A stretch of 64,000 nucleotides of DNA from Eledone cirrhosa (GCA_964016885.1 OZ024746.1:33542001-33606000); one strand, 5' to 3'. Positions 39,944 through 55,989 are shown, counted from the stretch's first letter. The notes: generated by a model from the sequence alone, not told the origin. Numbers and translations are program-made.

Positions 39944-42923
39944 ATGAATCGGAATGTAACCCGTGAACGTTTTCCTGGGCAAAATTATTCGAACAGACAT
40001 GACCTCATTGCCAGAGTGTTCAGGCTGAAACTGGCTAAACGCAGGGCTTTAATAAAAAAGGTCAGGTATTTGGAGCTGTTAAATATGACATTTTCACCGT
40101 CGAACGGCAAAAACGAGGACTGCCACATGCATACATTTTGATTTGGTTAGCTGATAAAATCAATTCAAATGCCATAGACAGCTTCAATTCGACTGAAATC
40201 CCTAACCCAGCAAATGCCCAGGAAGTACATGACATCGTCAAAGGTAACATGATTCAAGGTCCGTGTGTGTCGGGTACTAATGAGCATCACACGTGTCTGA
40301 AGGGGGGGGGGGGTCGTGCATTAAGGGATACCCCCAAACATGTGTTGATCAGACTCAGACTGGTGCTGGTGGCGACGGGTACCCCCTGTACAGGCGGAGA
40401 TGGCCCGAGAACGGTGGCTTCACCACAACAGTAAGGGGCGGTCAAGTCGACAATAGATGTGTGTTCACTTACTGCCCACTTCTCTTGAAGATGTTCAACG
40501 CCCACATCAACGTTGAGTTTTGCAACTCCGTCAAGTCGATAAAATACATATGCAAATGTGTAAATACGGGCTCTGATGCTGCAATGTTCGCATTTCAAGC
40601 TGAAAATAGCAGGGACGAAGTCACAGAATACCTGGCGGGGCGGTACATCAGTAGCAATGAAGCTTTTTGGCGCCTATTTGGTTTACCCCTACACCAACGT
40701 CACCACGCCATCGTACAGCTTGCGGTACATTTGGAAAATGGGCAAAGGGCTACTTTACGGTCCAAACCGCCGCCAAGTTGGCCGCCGATCCGAAAGAGAC
40801 CAAACTGACGGGTTTCTTCAAACTTTGCCAGTTCGATACATTTGCGCAAACAATTGTGTACTCCCAGGTTCCATCCTACTTTATATGGTCTAAAAACACT
40901 TGGGTGCGAAGAAAGTCAGGTCAGGCTGCTGAAAGACATCCTGGTATAAAATTTGACAGCTGTCTTGGAAGGGTTTACACTGTGCCCCCAAGTCAGCATG
41001 AGTGCTTTCATCTCCGCCTTCTTCTGCATGAAGTTGTAGGCCCACAAAGTTTTCAGGACATCAAAACTGTTGATAGAGAAATATGTGATACGTACCGGGA
41101 AGTTTGCTTTAAACGTGGTCTTTTGGAAGATGATTCGTTATGGGATTCCACTTTAGCAGAGGGTGTTTTGTTGAAATAACCTAAATGTCTAAGGGTACTC
41201 TTTGCTATTTTGCTTCAAAAGTGTGAATTGGGTGATCCCAAAACTTTATGGGTCAAGTACAGAGACTTCATGTCTGAGGACTTCCTGCGCCTGGCTCATC
41301 TGCAGTATACTTCAGTGGAAGTTGGTTACAGCGACATTATCTACAATAGGGCACTCATTGATATCGAGGACGCCCTCCTCGGCAGGGGTGGGAGTGAGTT
41401 GGCGACATGTGGCTTGCCGTCAACCGTCAGAGAGGAAGCTAACACGTTGGCCCCGGATTTGTTGCGGGAAACAGCATATGACATCGAATCTCTTTCCCAA
41501 TACTTAGAGGAAAATGAGCCCAAACTTCTGTCGGACCAAACGTTGGCCTATTTAACTATGATTGACGCGGTTCAAAATCAGACTGGGAGGTATTTACTTT
41601 CTCGATGCTCCTGGGGTACCGGAAAAACTTATGTAACGAAATTGATTCTCGCTAAGATTCTTCAGGAGAAAAACATTGCGCCGAACGTTGCATCGTCCGG
41701 GATCGCTGCTACTTTGTTGGCGGAAGGCAGGACAGCATATTCAACCTTTAAACTCCCCTTAGATTTAATAAAAACTGAGACACCAACATGCAATATCAGC
41801 AAGAGTTCACACGAAGCTCTGGTTCTCAAAAAATGCTGCTTCATCGTTTGGGATGAGTTCACAATGGCACACAAGGGTGCCCTTGAGGCATTGGACAGGA
41901 CCCTGAATGATATTAGGGATTCTATGGCTCCTATGGGTGGCGTAACCCTTCTGCTATCAGGGGATTTGCGGCAAACGCTGCCTGTCATCCCCAAAGGGAC
42001 AAGAGCTGATGAAGTGCGTGCTTGTTTTAAGGCGTCCATGTTGTGGTTCCAGGTGAAGAGTTTGTACCTCAGCACAAATATGCGTGCTCATTTGCATGGT
42101 GACAACATAACTGCAGCATTTTCTCAGAATATTTTAGCACTTGGTGAAGGCAAGGTCCCTGCCGATGACAAGGGCGGCATAGCAATCGACTACCTCTGCA
42201 ACATTGTGAGCAGCCCTTCTGACCTTTGGAAAGCAATTTTTCCTAATGTCTCATCTAACTTTAAAAACTTCGATTGGCTCAGCGAAAGAGCCATCCTTGC
42301 TCCGAAAAATACCATGGTTAATGTTATTAACGAGCAGCTGATTGAGAAAATTGCCGTTAAAGAACACATCTTCAAATCTATCGACCGGGCGTCAGACCCC
42401 GACGATATCGTTAATTATCCGGTTTAGTTATTAAATTCCTTTGAACCTCCAGGGCTCCAACCTCAAATTCTAAGCTTAATGTTGGCTGTCCCATTATGCT
42501 AATAAGGAACTTGCGTCCACCAATGCAGTGCAACGGTACTCACATGGTCGTTAAGTCACTCACGCCCCACTTAATTGAGACCACCATTGTAACGGGGTGC
42601 GGGAGAGGGGAGAATGCTTTCATTCCAAGGATGAACCTTTTCCCTTCGGCGTCAGATATCCCGTTCGATTTCCGGCGATCCCAATTTCCCGTGAGGCCAT
42701 GTTTTGCCACGTCCATTAACAAGTCACAATGCAAACATTATCTGTGGCGGGCATCCATTTGGGGGAGCCATGCTTCTCCCATGGCCAACTTTATGTTGCC
42801 TGTTCCCGCGTAGCGATCAGGAATGGACTTTTTGCTTACACTCCTCAAGGGATGACACGCAATATCGTCTACAAAGATGTTGGTGCAGATGTTGGAGCTG
42901 TGTCGTCTGGCGGACAGATCTGA
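39944..42923 (+). pseudogene. Helitron RepHel (HUH Rep plus Pif1-like helicase), frameshifted
   Basis: RHDLIARVF.LK; VERQKRGLPHAYILIW; HINVEFC..VKSIKYICKCVNTGSD; LAVHLENG; GTGKT; ASSGIAATLL; IVWDE.TM; GDLRQTLPV; RAILAPKN; FATSINKSQ; FSHGQLYVACSRV. Confidence 0.95.
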
Positions 42924-43450
42924 CACCCAGCGGCATCAGGGCCATCATCTTGCAACTTTGGTCTACTAAATTCGCTATTGGAAGATTATCAACCCATCAT
43001 TGATTGTCCAAAATGCTAATTGGTTCGTAACTATTAATAACCGGTTCAACTGCTTTATGCACTTAATTGATAAGCTTATGCGCTTTCAAGCTACGTTTAC
43101 CTGTTTGTAACTTTTCATAGCAAATGAACAAACCCGAGCAACGCCGGACTAAACTGCTAGTATGTATATAATTCGTTTGATGACCCGTGTATCTACGTAT
43201 GCGTTAATGAATAGGTAATAGACACAGTAGCAGTCTCTGATTTGTGGGGGTTTTGTTTCTCAAAGAACGACCTGATACTAAGCATTATCGTAGTGACTGA
43301 ACATTTTACAGATATCCCCTCATGATTTGTGTTTAGCTATTGATAATAGTATTAATAAAATTATTTGTGTTCATTTTCTCATTGTTTCCTTGAGAATCTT
43401 GAAGTAATGTTATTTTACATTTAATCAAAAGAATGAACAGAATTATATCC

Positions 43451-43549
<99 letters not shown>

Positions 43550-43629
43550 CTTAAATAATACAAACACCATAACAGGCGTCGTAACAGGAAAGCAAAGTCT
43601 AATTCAATTAGGTCATGCCTTTTTCCAAG

Positions 43630-43748
43630 TTCAATTCCCGCCGAGGTTAACTTTGCCTTTCATCCTTACGGGGTCGATAAAATAAAGTACCAGTAATGTA
43701 CTGGGATAATTGGTGGCCTTGTGCCAAAAAGTAGAAACAATTATTACT
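43630..43748 (+). mobile_element. SINE 3' half; further copies at ~45815-45905(-), 53620-53715(+), 57025-57150(-), 57935-58100(-), 62920-63060(-)
   Basis: Matches to the SINE consensus. Confidence 0.83.
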
Positions 43749-43845
43749 GACGTCAGAGAATTGGGATTGAATGAATCATAAAGAAAAGTTAAATATATGC
43801 AGAAATTCAGTTCAGTAAAATGTTGCGTGGTATATATCTTTTCAC

Positions 43846-43883
<38 letters not shown>

Positions 43884-46800
43884 GAAAAGATATATATATA
43901 TATATAATTATATATATGATCATAAAAGGGCAAATGGTGTATTATTAGATTTGTGTTTTTACGAAGGATATTAGAATCTTAAATTAAGTAAACGTGCATT
44001 AAATAAGATCGAACTTGAAATAATTGCTATCTTAATTCACCAGAGGCTATCTATCGTCGTTGTTGTTATGCAAAACACACCGTTAGATCTTGATTATATT
44101 GTCCAATATTGTTCAGAGGTTATCAGTCTGTGACCCCTTTATTACCGCGTGGTTATCAATAAAGGGCCTAATTCACCAATTCACCATGTAAAGTTAAGCA
44201 CGGCAATTCGTTCCTTATTATAATCAAATACTTTCTTTATTTTTAATCTTTGTTTTCTTCTTATTCTATATCTGTATATTTTTATCTGTGTTCTCAAAAA
44301 AATACATAAAATGAATTGGAATATTTTCCCTTGTATGGAGCATAAATTAACTTTCTAATTAAGAGAACAAACGTTATAATCCATATTTATGCTTTTTATT
44401 ATAAACCGTCATTATACTTTTTAATTATTCTCTAAGCTACACTCATATTTTTCTCTTCCTGCCTTATATTCTTCACCATCTTATAATGTTTCTTCTTTAT
44501 CTTCTCAAACCAATTCCATTTCTTTCTTTCTTTCTTTCTCCTGCTCCTTCTCCTTTTTTCGCTGTTCTACTCCAACTTCTTCTTTTCTGTTCCTTTACTT
44601 ATTTATTTTTCAGACTTCTTTTTCGATTTTTATTTCGTCTCTCTTTCCCGTTTTTGTCTTTCTTTCTTCGTCTTTCATCTCTCTTTTTCATATAGTTTCA
44701 CTTCTTATAACCTTTACGTTTTCCCATCCTATTGTGTCTTTTATACTCCACTGTTAAATCTCTTTTCTCATTGTGTTCTCCTTCCCATATTCTCCCCCAC
44801 GTCAATATAATCATACCCATTCATCTCCTCATCCTATACCACACTTTTAATTTACATTTTTTCTAACTCGTCTGATTTTCAACTCTTTCAATTCCATCGC
44901 GTTTCGTATTTTCCCCTCCCCCTCCTTTCAAAACATATCCTTCTTCTCCTCTTTTACTTCATACTACTTACTCCTTGGCAGTAGCACCTGTTTGTTTTTG
45001 CTGTTGTTGCTATTATAATCGCCGATGTTGCTGTTGTTTCGGTGGCGATGCTGGGGCGTTCGTATATATATATATATATATATATATCTGTCCTGATTTA
45101 TTATACACACACACATATATATATATATTGTATTTTTGTTCTTATACATCTTCATATTCTTCTTTAACTGTTTCATTGTCTGCTGCAATTTAGTATGTTC
45201 TTTTATTTTCATATTACATCTTAATTAAAATTAGATTTACTTGAAACAAAAACAAAATTATACATGGTCTGGTTTTATGATTATTGTTTTTCATATTTTT
45301 AATTGGTATTTTATATATATATTTTATACAGTTATATTATTGTTTTTTCTTTCCTTTTTGGTTTTGTTTTCAATATCGAATAATAAATTTGGAATATTGT
45401 TGAGAAAGACAAAAACATTGGCACAGTTCTTGAAAACCGTATTTTTTGGATGACCCGTTTCTTCTTTCGCATTTGATGCCAAAACTACATATCAATAGAA
45501 TACTCTGGTATAGGCATTATGCGCCCATATGGGAGAAATCTAACGATTAATACAATCTTTTAACAGATATGTTACTTTCTATATATCACAATTGAATGAA
45601 GTTTAAAATAGCTGAATTGTAAATGTTTTCACGATATTCATTCTTCATTTGGAATAGAAAGCGCAAAATCGCAAAACCATTTCGTAAATCATGAATCATC
45701 TTAAAAACATAAAAGAGGAACATGCTGTTTGCCTTAATGTTTCTAGAAATGAATAACCTATAAAGAAAAAAATGCGGCGTATATCATAAAGTGAGGTTTC
45801 CACATTAAGGTATTTAACCTCGGCGGGATTTGAACTTAGAATGTAATGGGCCATAATTCTATGCAGCAAACCAAGGCCGACCCTCTACCGATACTGCCAA
45901 TCCAATCAGTATTAGTTAGTCGACCAATAATGATGTAATTATTCAGAACCACAATCGGGCGGAGTAATATTGTTAAAAGGTCGAACAGAGGTGGTATCAC
46001 ATACTCAACATCACTTTGTTTCATTTCAAAAACCCGTTATGACCATTTCAAATACATCCACCTCTAGTTATACAATGGGTTGTTGTTAGAAAGGATTTCT
46101 CGTTAGAAAGATTTGTTTCTGTTATTGATATGCCTTTCATTGAAGAGCTGTTTACATTTTAATACCCGTGATACATTTCAATACCCGTGATGAGGCGAAT
46201 GGTAATGTACTTTCCTTCTTTAATGGTTTTCATTATTGTTTTATAAATTATTTTACAGCACCCCTGCACATGAGCACTCCATTCTTTGTGTTGGGTATAT
46301 CTATACAACAGTTATGCGTGTTCGTGTTCGCACATAAATTCTTCCTTTAAACACTGTAATTTCCCATGAAAACAGTGTGGAGAAAATCATTGATACCTGA
46401 AAATGAGAAATATACAATAGACAAACCGAAAACAAATCCGTACATATAATAACCTGATTTACTTGGAGGTGTAAATGTTATCCGTTCTTTGTACTTGATC
46501 GATGCCTCATACTATCCCTATATATCTATCTCCTATGATGAAAGTAAGTTATGGATGCTGAATTATCATTTGTTACATTAACAAATTTATTCTCTTCTCG
46601 TTTTCGTATCTGCCATTTTTTGCCTATGGGCAGACAATGATTCTCGCATCTGAAAACTCTGCTTGCTTTCACAATGCCTAGAAGCAATAGGATGCGAATT
46701 TCTCAGAAATTTGCATTTGATACTTGTCTTGTTTTTTTTCTTTTAATTTTGCTGAAAACGTTATAATAGTATATAATACAATTATATAATATGATATAAT

Positions 46801-48734
46801 ATCGTCCTAAGCATACACATTATTACACAATGTATATAAATAACGTCACACATGCAATTTCTAAAGGAAATATTTGTTTTGCCTTAGACCTGAATTGAAG
46901 ATTCAGTAGAAAATATTATTTGCATACAATTCAGAATACATTGTTGGCCAATTCTTCGGGGATTTTATGTAAAGTCAATTAAATTGAGCACATAGTGGTA
47001 CCACTGCCAACAGATTTGTCGGTCATGAAGGCAAGAAGCTTCAAGCAACGTTCTACTTGGTAGAAATATTCTAGCACATTGCTCCATTGTATACTTTCCC
47101 TATAGATATTGCTTATTTCTTAGGTGTTGTTACATTTGTTCTCATAAATGCTTAATAGAATGTCACTAGAGTAAACATTTTAGTTAAAAACAAATATATA
47201 TGTAATATAAAATCTATTTTATAAATGCATATCTTAAATGCAAAAACTATTGTTGCTACACTGTAACTTTATATAGATTCCTGATATTATTTTAAGAGTG
47301 CGTTGAGAATATGCATATATCTATGGTTCCATAACAGTTGATAGAGTCGTAGGGGCACCTTATTGGTAGAGGCATTTTAAGCCTGACAGAGCCCATCCCT
47401 CTCTAGGTCTGCACTGATCATACACCATCTTAAAACAGAATTTCAATAAATATTTTTGAAATTTGGTGAAGAAATTATCTTGGCGTTATTTAATTCTAGC
47501 TTATATACTAATTTCCAATTCACACATTGTAAAATTTGTATTTTTCATTTAACATTAGGTATCTTAAGTATCAATGCAATGTTGGTGTGATACTAATGTG
47601 TAAATACGATTATTAAAAAGAAAAAAAAAATAGCATTGTTAACTCATACGGGAAATGGAATGTATTATGATTAGTATACAGTTTGCTATTTCCATACAAA
47701 ACTTGGCTCTGCATTTCATGATTCAGAGTTTAATAACATTAATACATGAAAAGTGCCGTTTATTTCTTGTATATCAATATGTACCTCGCGCTACAACATT
47801 ACTTCGTGTATATAATTTCAGTTATGGATACACAGTTTCTTGTCTTAGTGTGCTAATGGGAATCAAGTCTTATTCTATTCAGTTTTTGATGTGTTTTCCG
47901 TCTCTATAGATCCTGTGTATCTTTATATTCCTTATTTGTTGAGTGTGTGTAGTTGTGAAATTGAATTGCATTTCCATACAGATATAACCGTGTTCTACGT
48001 ATTCTATGCTATATATATTATCAGAACATCATCTTTTCAGTGATTTTCTTTTGCATGGATTGAGTCACGGAAGGGAGTGCTGACATTGTTTATTTCATAT
48101 GCTGATTTAAAATTTAGCATAATCACAATAGCAATATATTCAAGCTACATATATTCGCCTCTCTTTATTTATTTTCTTTTCAAGCCGAATGTAGCAGAAT
48201 AATTCAACCCCGACAACGCTGCAGATATACCTCATTAATATAATTATAATAATATTTTGTTCGAAACGCTGCTAATTGTTTCGTAATTTTCCTACCATGA
48301 ATATTGTGTTCATTTATCTTTCAAGCTTTTATGTTGAATTTGTCTTTCATGACAATGATAGCCAATGTATTTGCAATCACATTTCTTTTATCGAGTTAGA
48401 TTTTATTCTAGCTCAGCGTATCTCATCAATTCCACTTTCTCCTATGAAATTGTATGCGTGCTTCTATTTTAAGTATGTATATTCAGTGTCTAATATATGT
48501 CATGTAACATCTTAATGCTTACTCAGAATTAATTTCCTATTAACGAGAATCGTTTGTTTCATTTTGCTAATATCCTTGTTGTACTGATGGCAAATGATAA
48601 AACGGTGTTTAATATGTCAGCTGTAACAGATCAGAAAATAATTCAAACTGTGCAAATATATATATACTCTACATATGGTGGGGGTATCGGTGTGTGTGGG
48701 GTGCATGTGTGCGTGTGTCATAGTAACTTTATCG

Positions 48735-48900
48735 GTCCCGACTTTGTGGAGTTTGTCAACTCCTCCATTTACCTGGGCTCATCATTCACCAATAATGGGG
48801 ACTTGATCTCCGAGATCAATGGCAGATGGTGTCTGGCCGCCGGGGTGGTGCAAACCATGTCGAAGCCTTTTTATTGCCAATAATCCTTCTTCAGTCGTAC
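48735..48900 (+). mobile_element. Short LINE RT C-terminal fragment (RTE-like)
   Basis: VEFVNSSIYLGSSFTNNGDLISEINGR..LAAGV resembles E.V..F.YLGS.I...G....EI..RI..A. Confidence 0.6.
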
Positions 48901-49144
48901 TCTATAGATAACCTGGCCCGGCACTGACAGGAGCATCATCCCTCGGTAGATGCTGAGGTTACATTTTTCGTTACATTTTTCGTCAGTTTGATGAAGATCC
49001 CTTTTACATTTTTCAGTGGCAGAATGGCTTTCTTGATTACTACTTTTAAGGATTTGTCACAGTTGATGGGTAGTTGAATCTCAGGGTGCTGGGATATCTG
49101 GTGGTACTTTAAGGGCGGAGCAGTTTCAGCTGCCCCCACCCCCC

Positions 49145-49185
<41 letters not shown>

Positions 49186-50563
49186 CATATACATACACCA
49201 TTGTACTATTTGCTTTCAGGTAGAACATAAATGATACCGCTCTTAATTATTCCAGAAATTTCCACAAAGATATATGTTTTCCTTGCCATAGTGACAATTC
49301 TAACAAACCATGTGTGTGAAAGCCCATCCACCGCATGTTGAGGACAACAACATACATACTTTCACTTCATACTTAGAAAATCTTCCAGTCCCCTCAAACA
49401 TTAGTGTAAATCTACATAGCTAGTTGATATACAGATATATTCACCACAGAGCAACAACAGATAAAAAGATGATTTGAACATTTGCATGAAATAAGACAAG
49501 GATACATTGGAGCCTGAAGTCTACTGACGTGCTGTCTCTTTTAATTGGTTTCTAATGATAATATATTAACAACTCCTAGTCAAATTTGACTGTTCATGCC
49601 AATTCAGATTCAATCCTCTCTCATCTTTCTACCATATATAGTTTGGATATAGTGCAGTTGTCCTCCAAGAGCGGGCCACAAATCATTAACGTCGTCACAG
49701 AACCTGTGTCTAGATAGACGAATGGATCATATATTGTGTAATAGAGTCTTATTATATGATATAAAAATCTTACATGATATAAAAATCTGTATTAATTTAC
49801 TGTCTACCCCTTACTTTGTTCAGGGGACACTATACTTAGGCAGTCAATCACTATAAGCATGTGGACGCACGAAAGCGTGCACACATATGTATGGAAGCAC
49901 AGTGATGTGCACACACACACAAACACACACACACACACACAGACATATATATGTATATATACATATATGTATATATGTATATATATACGCATTTCAAAAG
50001 TAAATATATTTCCATGTGGAGAAGCACACACAGAGACACGTATGTTTCAAAGAAAGGGTGAATATGTGTTTGAATGTGTATGAGAAAAGTAACGGTTATG
50101 GGAGAAAGACACGCACGATATTCTTACATTATATAAGAAAGTAAAACTTATAGGTAGATGAAAGTTTAGAATTGTATTGGAAGTAGTTAAAACATATAAC
50201 CGGAGGTGAACATTATAAACACACACAGACAAGTGTAAAGTGGTAGTTCGTAGTATTAACTAATTTCCGCCCTAGCTGTCTGTTGATATAAATGATGATA
50301 TTGGATGAAGCTTTGAGCTCCGGGGAAACAATGATACAAGATCAAAATTGCATCTGCATGAAGAACATTAAAGCATTCGCTGCGCAGTTTTAATAATGTT
50401 GTGTTTTGAAATTGCCTCTCAAGGCAATGCGACATGTTTCAGTATGTGCCAAAAAGAATATTGCACGTAGATTTATCTAAAGAATATAGCTAGAAGTGAT
50501 ATCTATTGATATAAATTTTCATACATAAGCTAACTTATATAGACAGGCGCAAAGACACATATA

Positions 50564-50632
<69 letters not shown>

Positions 50633-50690
50633 CAACTCTCACTTTATATATATGTATATATATGTATATATACATATACACACACACACT

Positions 50691-50722
<32 letters not shown>

Positions 50723-50777
50723 TATCTATGTATATATATATATACATATACACCCACACCCACACATATATATGTAC

Positions 50778-50850
<73 letters not shown>

Positions 50851-50866
50851 CATATATATGTACATA

Positions 50867-50905
<39 letters not shown>

Positions 50906-50966
50906 GTATATATATATATGTATATATATATGTATATATATATATATATATAAAGAGAAAGATGTA

Positions 50967-52082
<1,116 letters not shown>

Positions 52083-52088
52083 TATGTA

Positions 52089-52165
<77 letters not shown>

Positions 52166-52590
52166 TTATTAACATAACAGCTTAAAGTTTAAGCAAAGAA
52201 TCGGTGCTTTCACTCTTAACGGGATCTTCAGAAACTAAAAAGTCAATCTGTGAACGCAGAAGTAAATATTTCAATAATCGATGCAACGGAAGGAAGACAG
52301 GAAGACGATACTTTGGTTCGTGGAAACGTTCCCTGGCAAAGAAAGAAAAAAAAACGAAGATAATACGTCATTATTTGGTGCAGTGAAAAAAATTACACGC
52401 AAAGACAAAACCACGTTTATGGTATAAATGAAGTCGTAGACTAATATTCTATTAGGTGGTTCATGGAGACGTTCTCTGGCAATGACCGGATGAATATATA
52501 TATATATATATATATACATTCATCTGTTCATTACTATTCGGGTACTCTGGTGTGTTATGGTCCATCTGGTTCCTTACCACATTTCCTTTG

Positions 52591-52670
<80 letters not shown>

Positions 52671-52675
<5 letters not shown>

Positions 52676-53290
52676 TTGGTGCTCTGAAATAGCCATATAT
52701 ATATGAATGAATATATAGTGTATTTTGCAATACACTCTATGCTTAATTAAAAACATTTTGAAGACCTCATGCTATTATTTTAGAGTAGTGACAGACTCAC
52801 TTACTTTAATTTCAGCAAACAAGGGGTGATAAAGCTGACAAAGCCTTGTTTCTGCATTTATTGATGCTTATCAAAGCCAACTACTCCTCCCGTCTGCTGA
52901 AATCACGGATGTTATGTTCTTATAGAATTCTAGTAAATAATCAGGAACTGATTATACAGAGCGGTTGCCGGTCAAGCAGAAATTAAAATTTAGAATTGGT
53001 GCTCTGAAATAGCTATATATATATGAATGTATATATAGTGTATTTTGCAATACACTTTATGCATAATTAAAAGCATTTTGAAGACCAAAACATCCGTGAT
53101 TTCAGCAGACGGGAGGAGTAGTTGGCTTTGATAAGAATCAATAAATGCAGAAACAAGGCGTTGTCAGCTTTATCTCCCCCTGTTTGCTGAAATTAGTGTA
53201 AGTGAGTCTGTCACTACTCTAAAACAATAGCATAAGGTCATGAAAATGCTTTTAATTAAGCATAAAGTGTATTTCAAAATACACTATATA
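52671..53290. mobile_element. HHR-bearing repeat: ~320-bp partial tandem followed by an inverted copy, between (TA)n tracts
   Basis: agaattggtgctctgaaatagc...gaagacc occurs at 52672 and 52992. 53089-53290 is the reverse complement of 52712-52913. A sister fold-back copy lies at 55199-55510. Confidence 0.88.
52833..52878 (-). ncRNA. Type I hammerhead, U3-A8 variant (mirror copy at 53124-53169 on +)
   Basis: Minus strand: ggct-TTGATAA-gcat-caataa-atgc-a-GAAA-caaggctttg-TC-agct. Confidence 0.7.
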
Positions 53291-53399
53291 TATATATATA
53301 TATATATATAATGGAAAAATTTGAACAGGAACAAAACAGAGAGGCAGTACAACGAACGTTTATTAATTTCACGCTCTAGAGAGTGGGGTGGTGGTGGGG

Positions 53400-53434
53400 A
53401 ACGACGTTTCGGGCATAAGCCCTTCCTCAGGTGA
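53400..53434 (-). ncRNA. Minimal hammerhead motif of the PLE type (stem I decayed)
   Basis: Minus strand: cac-CTGAGGA-a-gggc-ttat-gccc-GAAA-cg-TC-gtt, in a repeat that starts right after (TA)n at ~53312. Confidence 0.68.
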
Positions 53435-54305
53435 GAAGTGTGTGGGAACAGAGTTCAAAGGGTGTGTAGGGAGTGGTGGAGAGACATATAGCGAAAGGAA
53501 ACGGTGCGAATGAAATTAAAAATAAAAATAAATATATGAAGCGAGAGATGTAAAATCCCGATCGAGGTACACTACTCAATAATTTCAACTATTAATTATA
53601 ATGATTGACTATTATTTTCACTTTACCTTTCATCTTTACGGGGTTGATAAAATAAAGTACCAGTAATACACTAGGATAATTGGTGGCTCTGTGCCAAAAG
53701 TAGAAACGATTATTATAGTCATTTTGTTGGTATGCAGATATTTAAAAAAAATTCAATTTATTTCTCATGTGATCAATGTTTGAACGTAGAAATATATAAA
53801 AACATATTCCAAATGGGCCCCAGGAAGTCAAAGTAAACAGCATATATATATATACATTAGAGTTTCATTGAAATGTTACTCAACATATGCAGATATAAAT
53901 ATTAATGTATGCATATGAAATACACATTGTCTCCTAGCATATATACGCGCAACTCCAGACAAACATATGTACATATGGAAAAAGATATCAGGAAAGCAAC
54001 ACATCTTAACATGTAAATAAAAAAAAGATAAAACATAAAAAAAAAAAATATATAGTCAAAGAAGTTGTTAGGAGGCGCAATGAATGTGAACACCAATATC
54101 CTTGGCTAAGGCATCTGGATAGGAGAGCTTGCTGCGGCAACCTCGTCTTGAGACAGATGCAGGTTCCCAAAGTACAAAAAAAGGTACAGCTTCATTTGAA
54201 ACCCGATGACAAAGATCAGCAATCCTCACCCCATTTCTGCGAACAACAAAAACATTTTTGTCGTATGTTGTTTTGTCCTCTCTTTGTTAATTTTCTTACG
54301 TTTAC

Positions 54306-54453
<148 letters not shown>

Positions 54454-54512
54454 AGAAAGTGAGGTTATTTTTAATAAAATGAAAAATAACAAAGGTGTCC
54501 TACTCGAATGAA

Positions 54513-54808
54513 AGTATAAGGAAAATGAGATGGAATCAAAAATGCAACTGGAGTCTTATTTAAAAATATATATATATATATTTTTTGGTTCCTTTACCGG
54601 GTTCGCAGTTCTTCTGCTTTTCAAAAGTAGAGTTGAGAGTCTGTGGGCTTTTCTCACATCAGATGTGAGAAAAACCACTGACCCTCTATCTCAACTCTAC
54701 TTTTGAAAAGCATAACTGCGAAACCGGTAAAGGAACCAAATAAATATATATATTTTTTTAAAAATAAGACTCCAGTTGCATTTCCGATTTCATCTTTTTT
54801 TCCTTATA
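54513..54808. repeat. Fold-back palindrome of an HHR repeat, centre 54661
   Basis: ttttctcacatc-a-gatgtgagaaaa centre. The ~145-bp arms are complementary with mismatches. Confidence 0.88.
54700..54732 (+). ncRNA. Minimal hammerhead, U3-A8 variant, palindromic stem III
   Basis: ctt-TTGAAAA-gca-taac-tgc-GAAA-ccgg-TA-aag. Confidence 0.72.
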
Positions 54809-54813
54809 TATAT

Positions 54814-54856
54814 ACGTTGCTGACGATAGCTAATAAGCTTGAGACTAGTACAGCGT
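54814..54856 (+). ncRNA. Minimal hammerhead with one core substitution (GAGA for GAAA)
   Basis: acgttg-CTGACGA-t-agct-aata-agct-t-GAGA-ctag-TA-cagcgt. Confidence 0.7.
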
Positions 54857-55125
54857 TCCTTTGTCAGTGTTGAACAAGCGAGCAACGATGGTTGCTGGAC
54901 ACTACGGCTTAATACGGGATAATTGTTTACAAACACACGGAACATTATAATAAATGTTCGGTGAATCCATACGTACATATATATATGTGTGCATGTATGT
55001 ATATATATATATATACATACATACTACTGTACGTCTGTATTAATATATGTATGTACGTGTTCATACTTATATTTAAGTAACAGCCGTACTAAGAGTGGGA
55101 AATGAAATTTCGTTTAATTTTTTCC

Positions 55126-55192
<67 letters not shown>

Positions 55193-55198
55193 TATATA

Positions 55199-55510
55199 AG
55201 AATTGGTGCTCTGAAATAGCGATATATATATGAATGTATATATAGTGTATTTTGCAATACACTCTATGCTTAATTAAAAGCATTTTGAAGACCATGCGTT
55301 ATTGTTTTAAAATAGTGACTTTCAGCAAACGGTGGAGATAAACTGACGGAGCTCTGTTTCGTACTTTTTGGTACTTATCGAAACTCACTACTCCTCCTGT
55401 GACTATTTCAAAACAATAGCGTATGGTCTTCAAAATGCTTTTAATTAAGCATACAGTGTATTACCAAATACACTATATTACCAAATACACTATATATACA
55501 TTCACATATA
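55199..55510. mobile_element. Fold-back copy of the 52671 family
   Basis: 55228-55319 is inverted at 55400-55510. A degenerate HHR lies on the minus strand at ~55341-55386. Confidence 0.82.
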
Positions 55511-55989
55511 TCATGCGATGAGAGGAGGATGAAATGTGTGGAATACTCAGTGGGGAGGGGGTGTTCGATTTTATAATTTGATATCGTATTCCAAATAAAC
55601 CTGATAAATTATGAGTATGATTTACTACTTTTGTTTTCATATATAATTGTCTTCACTTTGATTTATGACTTAGTTTTAACGATAACAATGTACAAATAAC
55701 GAGATGATTTGGTAAAAGAATGACGATTTTATGTTAGTGTCCTGCCGGAGTAGACAGCTATCTAATTACCCTTCAATAGCCATCAACAAATATTAGGAAT
55801 ATATTGATATATAGAAATTTATGTTTTTAGTAAGAATTGTGACAACAACCACTAACCGCGAAGAGATATTGAGGAATTACTAATCTGAACACTTCCTGGA
55901 AATATTGCCTCCAAAAAGTGCTTCGATTATTGTTTGAATGCAGTTTCTTCTTCTTCGTCTTCTTCTTCGTTTTCTTCGTAGTCTTCTTC

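Larger units (their letters stand above)
38713..43160 (+). mobile_element. Helitron (defective)
   Basis: 5' tctatatatataaaac..tgtctgtctg start. 3' hairpin ccg-agcaacgc-cgg then CTAG|T at 43157-43161. Internal RepHel remnant. Confidence 0.9.

Noticed and set aside
43930-50500. Host-gene exons in the less repetitive stretches
   Set aside because: No ORF with recognisable homology or convincing splice context. Small exons cannot be excluded without RNA-seq.
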